From the NCBI GenBank assembly GCA_963809645.1, contig CAWEKK010000014.1:23960-87959 (forward strand): 64,000 bases of DNA, written 5' to 3'. The notes under the pieces are model-generated. The model was not told the DNA's origin and did no database searches. It worked only from the letters and a program-made list of their open reading frames with translations. Position numbers and translations under genes: made by a program. This document shows positions 1 through 10,450 of this stretch, piece by piece. This DNA is from an uncultured Gammaproteobacteria bacterium (GTDB taxonomy: Bacteria; Pseudomonadota; Gammaproteobacteria; Steroidobacterales; Steroidobacteraceae). Each line of letters opens with the position of its first letter. Positions within the stretch are counted from its first letter, which is position 1.

Positions 1-2
1 GC

Positions 3-158
3 GTGGTGATCGCGATCAGCAACGAGAAGGGTGAAAAAATCACCCGCCAGGTTGTCGGCGTGGGCGCCCTGCAACCCGGAGAACGTCACAACTACAGCTT
101 CTCGGTAGAACTCGTGCCCGTGCGGCCACTGCCGAAAATCCCCCCGCCGAGAAACTAG
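3..158 (+). CDS. 3' end of an unidentified protein (5' part lies outside the window)
   Basis: Open frame 3 from the window edge: ...[54 protein letters not shown] at 156-158 overlaps the folE stop (CTAG). No family assignable by eye. Confidence 0.3.
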   Translation: MVIAISNEKGEKITRQVVGVGALQPGERHNYSFSVELVPVRPLPKIPPPRN

Positions 159-757
159 CGCTGGTTGCTGCCCTCGATGGCGATGAAGCGCAGAAACTCC
201 GCACGCGTGCTCGCGTCGGCGCGAAAGGTGCCGAGCATTTTACTGGTGACCATGGATACCCCGCGCTTGTGGACCCCGCGGGTGGTCATGCATTGATGAA
301 CGGCGTCGATGACCACGCCGACGCCGCGCGGTTTGAGCACCTCGTTGATGCATCCCGCGATTTGCGCGGTGAGCTTTTCCTGAACTTGAAAGCGGCGCGC
401 GAAGCCCTCGACAACTCGCGCGAGCTTGGAAATGCCGACCACGCGGTCGCTTGGCAGGTAGCCGACGTGCGCGCGGCCGATGATCGGCGCCATGTGATGT
501 TCGCAGAACGATTCGAACGAAATGTCGCGCAGCACGACCATTTCATCGTAGCCTTCGACCTCTTCAAAGGTACGGCGCAGATATGCGCCGGGATCGCTGG
601 CGTAGCCTGAAAACCAGTCGCGGTAGGCGTCCACGACCCGCTTGGGCGTATCGCGCAAACCTTCGCGTCCGGGATCCTCGCCGGCCCAGCGCAACAGCGT
701 TTGCACGGCCGATTCCGCCGCCGTCCGGCTCACCCTGCGAGTCGTCTTCCTGGCCAT
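155..757 (-). CDS. folE: GTP cyclohydrolase I (FolE)
   Basis: GTP cyclohydrolase I-type sequence, e.g. ...[19 protein letters not shown]...[10 protein letters not shown]...RFQVQEKLT...[14 protein letters not shown]. Start chosen at ATG 757 (MARKTT...) with GGAGA about 6 nt upstream. The track ORF extends to 793. Confidence 0.9.
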   Translation of the reverse strand: MARKTTRRVSRTAAESAVQTLLRWAGEDPGREGLRDTPKRVVDAYRDWFSGYASDPGAYLRRTFEEVEGYDEMVVLRDISFESFCEHHMAPIIGRAHVGYLPSDRVVGISKLARVVEGFARRFQVQEKLTAQIAGCINEVLKPRGVGVVIDAVHQCMTTRGVHKRGVSMVTSKMLGTFRADASTRAEFLRFIAIEGSNQR

Positions 758-851
758 TCGCGGTCTCCATCGCCACCCGTGCAGACTGCACATACGATAG
801 CATGCGTACCCTGAGGTCCAATTTCTTAAGGTCCATCGGGGAGATCAAGTT

Positions 852-2294
852 TTGAAATACCGCATTGCCGTCGGCGGCCTGGCCGCCATTATTTTTGGTT
901 TGTGCGCGCAAGCCGCGGCGCCGGCCTCGGCAGACGATGCCGTAACGCGCAAGAACGCGCATGACATTTTCAAGCAACTGATCGAGATCAATACCACGGA
1001 CTCGGTCGGAAGCACGACGGTGGCCGCGCAAGCGATGGCGCAACGACTGTTGGAGGCGGGATTCCCGAAGGCGGACGTGGTGGTCTTGGGTCCCAATGAC
1101 CGCAAGGGAAACATGGTCGCGCGTTATCGCGGCAAGCCGGGCTCGAAGCTAAAGCCGGTGCTGATCATCGGACATTTGGATGTCGTCGAAGCGAAGCGCG
1201 AAGACTGGAGCACCGACCCGTTCCAGTTCGTCGAGAAGGACGGCTACTTCTATGGCCGCGGTACGCAGGATATGAAGGACAGCGATGCCATTGCGGTAAC
1301 CGACTTCATCCGCTTGAAGCATGAAGGATTCGTCCCCGACCGCGACATCATTCTGGCGCTGACGGCGGACGAAGAAAACGGCAAGTCCAACGGCGTCGAT
1401 TGGCTGCTCAAAAATCACCGCGAACTCATCGATGCCGAATTCGCCTTGAATCCGGACGCCGGCGGCGTGCGGCCTGACAAGCCGCAAATTGTGGGATTCG
1501 AGGCAACCGAGAAACTGTACGGCGACTTTCAGGTGCTCGCCACCAACCCGGGCGGCCACAGTTCGCTGCCGACACCCGACAACGCGATCTACCACGTGGC
1601 CAACGCGCTCGCGGCCCTGCAGAAGTGGACATTCCCGTTCGAGCTGAATGCCGTGACACGCGAGTATTTCTCGCAAATGGCCAAGATCGAAGCCGGGCAG
1701 ACTGCCGCGGATCTGCACGCCATCTTGGGCGAGCCCCCGGATGCGAAGGCGGTTGAGCGCCTGTCGCGGGATACGCATATGAACGCCGTCATGCGCACCA
1801 CGTGCGTCGCGACCATGTTGAGCGGGGGACATGCGCCAAACGCGCTGCCGGGACGGGCCGAGGCCAACGTGAACTGCCGCATTTTCCCGGGTCATTCCCA
1901 GGAGGAGATCCGGTTGCAGCTGATCAAGCTGTTCAACGATCCGAAACTAACGGTGCGCTACCGAAGCGACACCGGTGAATTGGCAGACCATGGATCGGAT
2001 CGCAAAGCGATGGCGCCGCCGCCGCTGCGCGACGATGTCATGAATTCGCTGCGCAGCACCGCAGGCAAATTGTGGCCCGGTTTCGTGGTGCTGCCGATCA
2101 TGGAGGCCGGCGCTTCCGACAGCATCTACACCATGAATGCCGGGATACCGAGCTATGGTATTTCCGGAGTGGCCGTCGAACGCGCTGACGACAGAGCGCA
2201 TGGCCGCGACGAGCGCGTGAAAACGGACGCGTACTATGCCGGCGTGGAATTTTACTATCAGTTCTTGAAGGCGCTTACGACACCGGCGGGCTAA
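852..2294 (+). CDS. Secreted M20/M25/M40 family metallopeptidase
   Basis: 480-aa ORF with TTG start and an N-terminal signal peptide (AAIIFGLCAQAAAPASA). M20 metal motifs are IIGHLDVV, GRGTQDMKD and ADEENG. Confidence 0.85.
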   Translation: MKYRIAVGGLAAIIFGLCAQAAAPASADDAVTRKNAHDIFKQLIEINTTDSVGSTTVAAQAMAQRLLEAGFPKADVVVLGPNDRKGNMVARYRGKPGSKLKPVLIIGHLDVVEAKREDWSTDPFQFVEKDGYFYGRGTQDMKDSDAIAVTDFIRLKHEGFVPDRDIILALTADEENGKSNGVDWLLKNHRELIDAEFALNPDAGGVRPDKPQIVGFEATEKLYGDFQVLATNPGGHSSLPTPDNAIYHVANALAALQKWTFPFELNAVTREYFSQMAKIEAGQTAADLHAILGEPPDAKAVERLSRDTHMNAVMRTTCVATMLSGGHAPNALPGRAEANVNCRIFPGHSQEEIRLQLIKLFNDPKLTVRYRSDTGELADHGSDRKAMAPPPLRDDVMNSLRSTAGKLWPGFVVLPIMEAGASDSIYTMNAGIPSYGISGVAVERADDRAHGRDERVKTDAYYAGVEFYYQFLKALTTPAG

Positions 2295-2314
2295 GCCGGC
2301 AGCGTTCCAGCGCA

Positions 2315-2932
2315 TCAGCGGGAAATCGCGTGTCCCGTCGCGCCATTGCGCGAGAACTCGAACTGCAGCAGCCACTCGCGCGTGGTGCCGGCATCGGCGG
2401 GCGAGAACTTCCATTTCTTCGCGGCATCCGTTGCGGCGCGCGCAAAATACTTGCTGGAACCCGGTACTTCCAAGTTCGCCGCGGCGACGTTCCCGGAGCG
2501 ATCCACAGTCACCCGCACGGCAACTTTGATCTGGCCGCGAATCGATTCGCGCGCGCTGCGCGAAATGACGGGCATTTCTTCATGCAGCACGCCGGGGGTG
2601 GCGGGGGCGGAAGCCGCCGGCGCCGGCGACACCGCCGATTCTGTGTGTTGCGGAGCCGACGATGAGGCTCTCGCAGGCGGCGGCGCTGAGCCGGGGTGGT
2701 TGCGCAACGCCCGCACGCCAGCCCAGATCGCAATTAAAAGTATGAGCGCCACCGCCGCTGCCGGGATGAGCCGGTGTGGGGCGACTGGAACGACCGCGGG
2801 TTTCTGACTCGGTTGAGATCGGGGGACCGCAGCGGAACGAGCGATCGCAACCGGTGCAGGCGGTGCAGTTGCCTGAGGCGACGCGATCGGCTCAGCTGGC
2901 ATGGGCCCTGCTGTTATCGGCTCAGCGGGCAT
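2315..2932 (-). CDS. Pro-rich linker, one TM helix and a TonB C-terminal domain; probably the C-terminal part of the upstream kinase-like gene
   Basis: MPAEPI(T/A) occurs twice, followed by a Pro/Ala/Ser-rich stretch and a TM helix (LIPAAAVALILLIAIWAGV). The TonB_C-like end reads IRGQIKVAVRVTVDRSGNV...AATDAAKKWKFSPA. Its ATG overlaps the upstream stop by 11 nt. Confidence 0.7.
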   Translation of the reverse strand: MPAEPITAGPMPAEPIASPQATAPPAPVAIARSAAVPRSQPSQKPAVVPVAPHRLIPAAAVALILLIAIWAGVRALRNHPGSAPPPARASSSAPQHTESAVSPAPAASAPATPGVLHEEMPVISRSARESIRGQIKVAVRVTVDRSGNVAAANLEVPGSSKYFARAATDAAKKWKFSPADAGTTREWLLQFEFSRNGATGHAISR

Positions 2933-3701
2933 CGGCGCTGGTGCGCGGCGCAGGGGCGGCCGGCTGAGGTGGCGCGACGGGTTGGTTAAGCACCTGCGTC
3001 GCGGGATTGACCAGCGCTGCGAGGTCGGAAAGGCTGGGACGCCGTGACTGGTCGCGGCTCAGGCAACGCCAGACGATGTCTGCAAACAGGGCAGGAACCG
3101 ATCCCGGCAACGAGGCAGTGGCGTCGGACTCGGGAGGATTCTGAGTCAGTGCCTCCACGATCACCCCGCCGAGACCGCGGATATCGCCATCAGCGTCAGT
3201 CACCAGGTCCGCAGGCCGGATCGTATCGCTCGCCAGCTTTAGCTGGTCGTTGACGACCAAAAAATTGGGCGGCTTGAGCCGGCTGTGCACCAGATTCTGG
3301 CGGTGCAGGAAGGCTAGGACGTCGAGAGTGGGAATCAGCATTTCCCGGACTTCATCCCAGGTCAGGGCTCGATGAGGGAGGATCTGCGCGAGGTTTTGTT
3401 CGGCGTATTCGGTGACGACGAAGAGAAAAGGGTGCCCGCCGAGCTTGCAGCGGCCGGCATCCAGCAGCCGGATCATATGCGGATGGGTGAGCGCCGCGGT
3501 GGTACGCCAGCGCGACAGCTGCATCTCCGCCCGTGCCGGATCCGCCGGAATGATCTTGATGGCGGCGTTGGCCAGCTTTTGCGCCTTGCAGTCGGTCAGA
3601 AAGACGACGCTATGGTTGGACCTGCCTAAAAAGCGCCGCAGAGGAAAGATGCCGTTGACAACCTGGCTCTCCCATTTTGTCCAGATTTCGGTCTCCGTCA
3701 T
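2922..3701 (-). CDS. Ser/Thr protein kinase-like domain protein (predicted pseudokinase)
   Basis: Kinase fold landmarks are AAIKII (VAIK Lys), VVTEYAEQNL, HSRLKPPN in place of HRDLKPxN, ASD in place of DFG, DIRGLGGVIVEAL and RCLSRDQSRRPS. Start at ATG 3701 is preceded by AGGAGG. Confidence 0.75.
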   Translation of the reverse strand: MTETEIWTKWESQVVNGIFPLRRFLGRSNHSVVFLTDCKAQKLANAAIKIIPADPARAEMQLSRWRTTAALTHPHMIRLLDAGRCKLGGHPFLFVVTEYAEQNLAQILPHRALTWDEVREMLIPTLDVLAFLHRQNLVHSRLKPPNFLVVNDQLKLASDTIRPADLVTDADGDIRGLGGVIVEALTQNPPESDATASLPGSVPALFADIVWRCLSRDQSRRPSLSDLAALVNPATQVLNQPVAPPQPAAPAPRTSADAR

Positions 3702-3867
3702 TGCCAGCCTCCTGACCCAAGAACCCGCTCCCAATAGCCATACGAACATACCATCAACAGTCACTCAAGAACCGGCGGCCGATGTCAGCCTTTACAGACA
3801 TGCCGAACTTCAGGGGCCGAATGTTCTCGAATGCCATAATGGCCCAGATCAATTCCTGCGAGCGGCT

Positions 3868-4734
3868 ATGACAATTTTACAATTGGTGAGTGCACGGCCA
3901 CGCGATCTTGGCGGCTTCGGCGTGCGCCGAGCGCTGCCTGCCGAAGGGCGGCAGATGGTGGGTCCGTTCATCTTTTTCGATCATTTAGGACCGGCACAAT
4001 TCGATCCGGGTCATGGAATCGATGTTCGGCCGCATCCCCATATCGCGCTGGCTACGGTCACGTACCTCTTCTCAGGCTCGCTCGAACATCGCGATAGCCT
4101 GGGCAATGTGCGCGAAATCCGTCCCGGCGATGTCAACTGGATGACGGCGGGGAGGGGTATCGCGCACTCGGAAAGAACACCCCGTGCCGCGAGGGCCGCC
4201 GGCGAGAAAATTCACGGCATCCAAAGCTGGGTTGCGTTGCCCGATGGCCGCGAGGATGTTGATCCGGATTTCACCCACTACCCGGCGAGCGTGATTCCGC
4301 GGCGGACGCTCGACGGCGTGGAACTCTCGGTGGTTGCCGGCGAAGCCATGGGATTGCGCTCACCCGTTGTCACGCTGTGGCCGACGCTTTACGTGCACGC
4401 CCAATTCCCGCCGGGCGCCGTTCTTGAAGTCCCTGCCGAACATGAAGAACGCGCTGTTTATGTGGCGAATGGCCAACTGGATATCGATGGCCGCAAGATC
4501 GGCGAAGGCCAGCTCGCGGTGCTCGAACCCTCGAGGACGGTGCGCCTGCGCGCCGAGCAAGAGGCCCGGGCCATGCTCTTGGGAGGCAATCGTTTTCCGA
4601 CGCCTCGCTATATTTGGTGGAACTTCGTCGCTTCTTCACAGGAACGCATCTCGCAGGCGAAAGAGCGCTGGGCGAATCGCCAATTCGCGCCGGTGCCGGG
4701 CGAGACGGAATTCATCCCGCCGCCTCCGCGATGA
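3868..4734 (+). CDS. Pirin family protein
   Basis: Start MTILQLVSARPRDLGGFGVRRALP. The pirin cupin motif is RPHPHIALATVTYLF, followed by NWMTAGRGIAHSE. The upstream part of the track ORF (3412-3867) is antisense to the kinase gene. Confidence 0.85.
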   Translation: MTILQLVSARPRDLGGFGVRRALPAEGRQMVGPFIFFDHLGPAQFDPGHGIDVRPHPHIALATVTYLFSGSLEHRDSLGNVREIRPGDVNWMTAGRGIAHSERTPRAARAAGEKIHGIQSWVALPDGREDVDPDFTHYPASVIPRRTLDGVELSVVAGEAMGLRSPVVTLWPTLYVHAQFPPGAVLEVPAEHEERAVYVANGQLDIDGRKIGEGQLAVLEPSRTVRLRAEQEARAMLLGGNRFPTPRYIWWNFVASSQERISQAKERWANRQFAPVPGETEFIPPPPR

Positions 4735-4804
4735 CCGACCAGGCGCTAATCTTTACGCGATCGATCCACCTTGAATTTCGCAACTCAACCATGAGGAGTT
4801 TACG

Positions 4805-5240
4805 ATGAGCGACAAGACCGCGACGGTGCATTGGGAAGGACGGGGCAAGCTGGGCGTCGGCAGGATCAGCACCCAGACTGAGGCACTGAAGGCCTATCCG
4901 TACGGATATGCCAGCCGCTTTGAGGATGACAAGCGAGGCACCAATCCTGAGGAGCTGCTGGCGGCAGCGCATGCTGCCTGTTTCACCATGGCCTTTTCCT
5001 TTGGTTGCGATGCAGCGGGATTTTCCACGACTTCCGTCGACACCCAGGCCGCGGTGCGGTTGATGCTGAAAGGGCGGAGGTTTTTCCATCGAACACATCG
5101 CTCTTAAGCTCGAGGCCGCTGTCCCGGGAATGGATGAGGCGACCTTTCAGAAAATCGCCGCCAAGGCAAAGCAGGACTGTCCCTTGTCGAAAGCGCTGAC
5201 CGGCGTTCCTGAGATTACCCTGACCGCAATTCTGCGCTAA
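4805..5240 (+). pseudogene. osmC: OsmC family peroxiredoxin, one frame break near 5065-5075
   Basis: The N-terminal part MSDKTATVHWEGRG...NPEELLAAAHAACFTMAF stops at 5107. The C-terminal part GGFSIEHIALKLEAAVPGMDEATFQKIAAKAKQDCPLSKAL...* continues in another frame to 5240. GAGGAG RBS precedes the ATG. Confidence 0.8.
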
Positions 5241-5253
5241 GGGTGGGCGGCCT

Positions 5254-5757
5254 TCAGGGGATGACCCGCGGCCGCCGAAAGTAACGCAGCATCCAGACGA
5301 TCCAGCCGCCGGTGATGACAAAGATAACGAACAAGCCGCCGCCGACCAGTTGATTGGAAAGATGCGGCGGCACCGTCAAATGCGCGCGCAGCTCCAGCCA
5401 ATGGACGTAGCACACCATGGCGGTCAGGAGGCAGCCGAACCAAACACCGTGCGCAACCAGCAGCGAGCGCGTCTGCGCGATGCGTTCCGGCGCGAGCCAA
5501 TAATCGCGATTGGGCATTTTCATGTCGCTGGCACGAGAATAAATCACGGTCAGCAGCGCGACCATGGCAATCGGAAACCCGACGCCCATGGTGAAGACGA
5601 ATTTGGCGTAGAACTCGCGCGTCATGCTGGCCGTGGGAAAGCCGCTGCTGTCAAAATGCGCTGCCACCGAACGGCGGGAGGCTCGAGACCGTGTTGGCGA
5701 AAAAGAAAATCGCGAACAGCAGCGCCAACGCAAATACGATCCAGGGAATTCTATTCA
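5254..5757 (-). pseudogene. DUF1648-like integral membrane protein, frame break near 5668-5672
   Basis: MNRIPWIVFALALLFAIFFFANTVSSLPP (start 5757) runs into a stop. The next frame continues VAAHFDSSGFPTASMTRE... with further TM helices. Confidence 0.5.
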
Positions 5758-5809
5758 TGATTGCGAACACCATGGCACTGGGAAAAGGGGCCGACGGCGT
5801 CCTCGTCGA

Positions 5810-6837
5810 TCATGACTGCACACCGCGCAATATTTCCTCGAGCAGCACCGCGCCCCGGTAGGCGAAGCCCGTATACACCTGCAACAGGTTGGCGCCGGCC
5901 TTCAGCGTGGCGCGCGCGTGGTCTGCGCTGACGATGCCGCCGACCCCGATGATGGGAAAATCCGCGCCCAGCTCGGAGCGCAGTTGCGCGATGACGCTGA
6001 CGGACAGCGGATGCAGCGGCGCACCGCTCAAGCCTCCGCGCTGTTCGGCCGCGGGCGGCGCTCTTAAGGAGATGCAAATCAATCGAGGTATTCGTGGCGA
6101 TCACGCCGTCGATCCCCGCGGCACGCACTTCCTGCGCGAGCATGACGATCTGTTCGCCGCTCAGGTCCGGCGCTACCTTGACCAACAGCGGCACACGCTT
6201 GCCAAAGCGCTGCTGCAGAAGCACGCGCTCCTCGAGCAGCGTGCCGAGAATGCGCCGCAGCCCGTCGCGCGCCTGCAGTTCGCGCAGACGCTCGGTGTTG
6301 GGCGAGGAGACATTCACCGCAATGTAGCCGGCAAGGGAGTAGATCTTGCGCAGGCAGGCAACATAGTCATCCTGGGCTTTTCGATGGGCGTGTCGAAGTT
6401 CTTGCCGATGCTGATGCCGCGTATTCCCGGGTAACGGCTGCGCACGAGCTGGGAGACCAGATGGTCGACCCCCTTGTTGTTGAAGCCCATGCGGTTGATC
6501 AGCGCTCTCTCGCCCGCAATTCTGAACATGCGCGGTTTGGGATTACCGGGTTGTGGACGCGGCGTCACCGTGCCCAACTCGATGTGACTGAATCCCAGAG
6601 CGCCCAAAGCATCCAGGTAATCGCCGTTCTTGTCGAAGCCGGCCGCCAACCCCAGGGGATGGGAAAATCGCAGCCCAAAGCAGGATACCGCCGGCGACGC
6701 GGGATACTGCAATGGCGGCCACAGCGGCCGCAGCCATTTCAATCCCGCCAAACCAAGATCGTGCGCGAGCTCAGGATCGATGCGCGTCAGTAGCGGCAAT
6801 GCGCGCCTCGCGCAAGGGCCGGCACGGCGCGGCTCAT
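5810..6837 (-). pseudogene. pyrD: Dihydroorotate dehydrogenase (quinone), split over three or four frames
   Basis: Segments are [12 protein letters not shown] / [13 protein letters not shown]...GFNNKG...[11 protein letters not shown] / [23 protein letters not shown]...VKVAPDL...IATNT / EQRGGLSGAPL...IIGVGGI...LLQVYTGF. Breaks lie near 6800, 6375 and 6075. The ATG overlaps the upstream stop (ATGA). Confidence 0.85.
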
Positions 6838-7437
6838 ACGTACTCCCAGGTGGCGAGCGCTCCCAGATAAAAGCAGGCTTCAGTGCCCAGCTGCGTCAAA
6901 TCCTGCACCTCGCCCGTGGCGGCGGCTCCTTTGTGCCTAAGAAACGCGATGAGCATCATGCCGGCGATGATGGCCGCGGCCAAGCCGATGAGGCCGGGAA
7001 TCCCGAGCACAGCCGCGGGCGCGAAACCGATCAGCAACGCCATGCTCAACGCTCCGTGGCCGATTTTTCGCGCCGACTTTTCCGGCCGCATCGCCACGAC
7101 CGACACCGATCATGGCGAAACTCGCGCCGTAGCCGCAAACCATGATCAGCGCCAGCGGGATGTTCGCAGGCGCCGCGAAGGGCAGCTTGGCGGCCGACAA
7201 GGCCATCAGTGCGTTGTACTTGATGAGCAGGCACAGCACGCGGCCGAGCACATCGATGCGCGCTAGCCGGCCACCGCGCGCAATTCGGCGGTCAGCAGAG
7301 CGGTCGCAGTCATGGACAAAATCACCGCGACGCTCGATGGCCAGATTTGCAGCGCCAGCCAGTAGATGGCGCCGCCCAATCCTCCGATCAGCATGCCGAC
7401 CAGGGGCGCGGCTTGACCGGTCACGCGCACGTGTCGT
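6834..7437 (-). pseudogene. Fragmented polytopic membrane protein, possibly a CobS-like (adenosylcobinamide-GDP ribazoletransferase) remnant
   Basis: Three frame segments: APLVGMLIGGLGGAIYWLALQ..LLTAEL / IDVLGRVLCLLIKYNALMAL... / ...[29 protein letters not shown]. These resemble CobS blocks, but the DGLAD region and the N-terminus appear to be missing. Weak call. Confidence 0.3.
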
Positions 7438-10290
7438 TCACGCCCGTTTACGCTCGAAACTGCTCGGCGCGGCCAGCGTCGCGCGCAGATAATGTCCGGT
7501 GTAGGAGGCCTTGTTGGCAGCGACTTGTTCGGGCGTGCCCACCGCGATGATGCGGCCGCCGTTATCGCCGCCCTCGGGACCCAAATCCACGACCCAGTCC
7601 GCGGTCTTGATGACATCGAGATTGTGCTCGATCACGATGACCGTATTACCCTCATCGCGCAGGCGCTGCAGCACCACCAGCAGCTGCGCGATATCCGCGA
7701 AATGCAGGCCGGTGGTCGGTTCATCGAGAATGTACAGCGTTCGGCCGGTGGCGCGCTTCGAGAGTTCCTTGGCGAGCTTCACGCGCTGCGCCTCGCCGCC
7801 CGACAAAGTGGTCGCACTCTGGCCCAGGCGCACGTACGACAGGCCGACGTCGAGCAGGGTCTTGAGTTTGGGCTGAACGGTCGGCACCGCTGAAAAAAAA
7901 GGCAGCGCATCCTCGACCGTCATATCGAGGACTTCGTGGATGTTCCTGCCTTTGAAGCGGATTTCCAGGGTCTCGCGGTTGTAGCGCTTGCCCTTGCAGA
8001 CGTCGCAGGGCACGTACACGTCGGCCAGAAAATGCATTTCGACCTTGATCACGCCGTCACCCTGGCAGGCCTCGCAGCGCCCGCCCTTGACGTTGAAGCT
8101 GAAACGGCCGGCTTCGTAGCCGCGTGCACGCGCCTCCGGCACGGCAGCGAAAATTTCGCGAATCGGCGCGAACAGCCCGGTGTAGGTCGCCGGATTGGAG
8201 CGCGGCGTGCGCCCAATCGGGCTTTGGTCGATTTCGATCACCCGATCGATGTGTTCGAGGCCCTCGATTCGATCGAAGTGCGCGGTTCCCGCCGCGGCAT
8301 GATTCAGCTGCGTAGCGACGGCGCGAAACAGGGTGTCGTTGACCAGCGTCGATTTTCCGGATCCGGAAACGCCGGTGACGCAGGTCAGCAGGCCGAGCGG
8401 AAATTCCGCCGTGACCTTCTGCAGATTGTTGGCGGTCGCACCGATGACGCGCAGCATGCGTTTCGGATCCGGACTGTGCCGAAGCATCGGGATCTCAATG
8501 GCGCGGCGTCCGCTCAAGTACTGCCCGGTGATCGAGTCGGGATGCGCGGCCACTTCGGCTGCCGTTCCCTGCGCCACGATCTTGCCGCCGTGCACTCCGG
8601 CGCCCGGGCCCCAAGTCAACGACATGGTCGGCCTGGCGGATGGCTTCCTCGTCGTGTTCGACGACGATCACGGTGTTGCCGAGATTGCGCAGATTGACCA
8701 GCGTGTCGAGCAGGCGCTGGTTGTCGCGCTGATGCAGGCCGATGGAGGGTTCGTCCAGAATGTACATGACGCCGACCAATCCGGAACCGATTTGGCTCGC
8801 CAGGCGGATGCGCTGCGCTTCGCCTCCGGACAGTGTGTCGGCGCTGCGGTTCAAGGTCAGGTATCCGAGCCCGACATTGCCGAGGAACCCCAGCCGGTCG
8901 TTGATTTCCTTGACGATCTTGACGGCGATTTCGCCACGCCATCCGGGGAGCGTGAGTTCGCCGAAGAACTGCAGCGCCCGGTCACGGACAGCGACGAGAT
9001 TTCGGGCACGCTTTTGCCGTCGATGAAAACGTTTCGAGCGGCACGGTTCAAGCGGGTGCCGTGGCAATCGGGGCAGGCGCGCGACGAACGGTATTTGGCG
9101 AGCTCTTCGCGCACCGCCACCGATTCCGTTTCGTTGTAGCGGCGTTCGAGGTTTCTCACGATGCCCTCGAAGGTGTGCCGGCGCGATACCGTGCCGCCTT
9201 TGCCGTCCAGGTATTTGAATTCGATCTGTTCGTCGCCGCTGCCGAACAGCACCAAATCCTTGATCTTCTGCGGCAGCGACTCGAACGGGGCCTCGATATC
9301 GAACTTCGCGTAGCGCGCCAGCGACTGGATCAATTGAAAATAATAGGCATTGCGCCGATCCCAGCCGCGCACCGCACCGCCCGCCAAAGACAAATGCGGA
9401 TTCGCCACAATTTTGGCCGGATCGAAGAAATCCTGGGTGCCGAGCCCGTCGCAGGTCGGGCAGGCGCCGAGGGGGCTGTTGAACGAGAACAAGCGCGGTT
9501 CGAGTTCGCTCAAGGAATAGTTGCAGATGGGACAGGCGAATTTATCGGAGAACACCAGTTCCGGGCGCGCCGGATCGTCCATGTAGCTGATGCGCGCGAC
9601 GCCCTCGCCCAGACGCAGCGCCGTCTCGAACGACTCCGCCAGCCGTTGGCCCAGGTCCGGCCGCACTTTAAAGCGATCGACGATGGCCTCGACGGTGTGC
9701 TTGCGGCGCACGTCGAGTTTTGCCGCCTGGTCGAGTTCGACCACCTTGCCGTCGATGCGAGCGCGCACGAAACCGCCGGCCTGCAGTTCCTCGAGAAGTT
9801 CGGCGTGCTCGCCTTTGCGTTCGGCGATTGCGGGCGCCAGCAGCATCAATGCGGTTCCTTCGGGATGCTCGAGCACCGCATCCACCATCTGGCTGACCGT
9901 TTGCGCCGCCAGGTCGATTTTGTGATCGGGGCAGCGTGGCGTGCCGGCACGGGCGAACAGCAGTCGCAAATAGTCGTGAATCTCGGTAACCGTGCCCACG
10001 GTGGAACGCGGATTGTGCGAGGTCGATTTCTGCTCGATGGAGATGGCCGGGGAGAGACCTTCGATGGTGTCGATGTCCGGCTTTTCCATCATCGAGAGAA
10101 ATTGCCGGGCGTAGGTGGACAGGGATTCCACGTAGCGCCGCTGACCCTCGGCATAAATGGTGTCGAAGGCCAGGGAGGACTTGCCGGATCCCGACAGGCC
10201 GGTGAATACGATCAATCGATCCCGCGGCAGGTCCAGGTCGATATTCTTCAGGTTGTGGGTCCGGGCACCCCGGATTCGGATATTTTGCAT
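7438..10290 (-). pseudogene. uvrA: Excinuclease ABC subunit A, two frame breaks
   Basis: The N-terminus reads [41 protein letters not shown]. The ABC signature is [16 protein letters not shown], followed by a second Walker A ([10 protein letters not shown]) and a second [12 protein letters not shown]. Breaks lie near 8985-8992 and 8601-8612 (cgcccgggcccc). Confidence 0.92.
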
Positions 10291-10410
10291 CTAACCGATT
10301 ACTATACGCGCCGCGTCAAGCGCGGGTAAAACGACCCTGCGGGCTTGTGGGGGCGCTTGAATCTGCATTATTGCGCGCCTGAACGAGGATATTGGGGCTT
10401 GGCTCGCCGT

Positions 10411-10421
10411 GTACAATGTAC
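10411..10421. promoter_or_regulatory. Palindrome GTACA-A-TGTAC containing a TACAAT -10-like hexamer upstream of ssb
   Basis: Perfect 5+1+5 palindrome seen directly about 30 nt upstream of the ssb ATG, in the uvrA/ssb divergent region. Function not established. Confidence 0.25.
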
Positions 10422-10450
10422 GGCATTGAATTGAGGCGGGGGATCAGGAC

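Noticed and set aside
3412-3867. N-terminal 150-aa extension of the pirin ORF
   Set aside because: It overlaps the kinase-like gene in antisense, and pirin homology begins only at MTILQLV (3868).
9061-10329. 422-aa ORF on the + strand
   Set aside because: It lies entirely antisense to uvrA, whose motifs are unmistakable. The translation is Arg/Ala/Gly-rich and low-complexity, as is typical of shadow ORFs in high-GC DNA.
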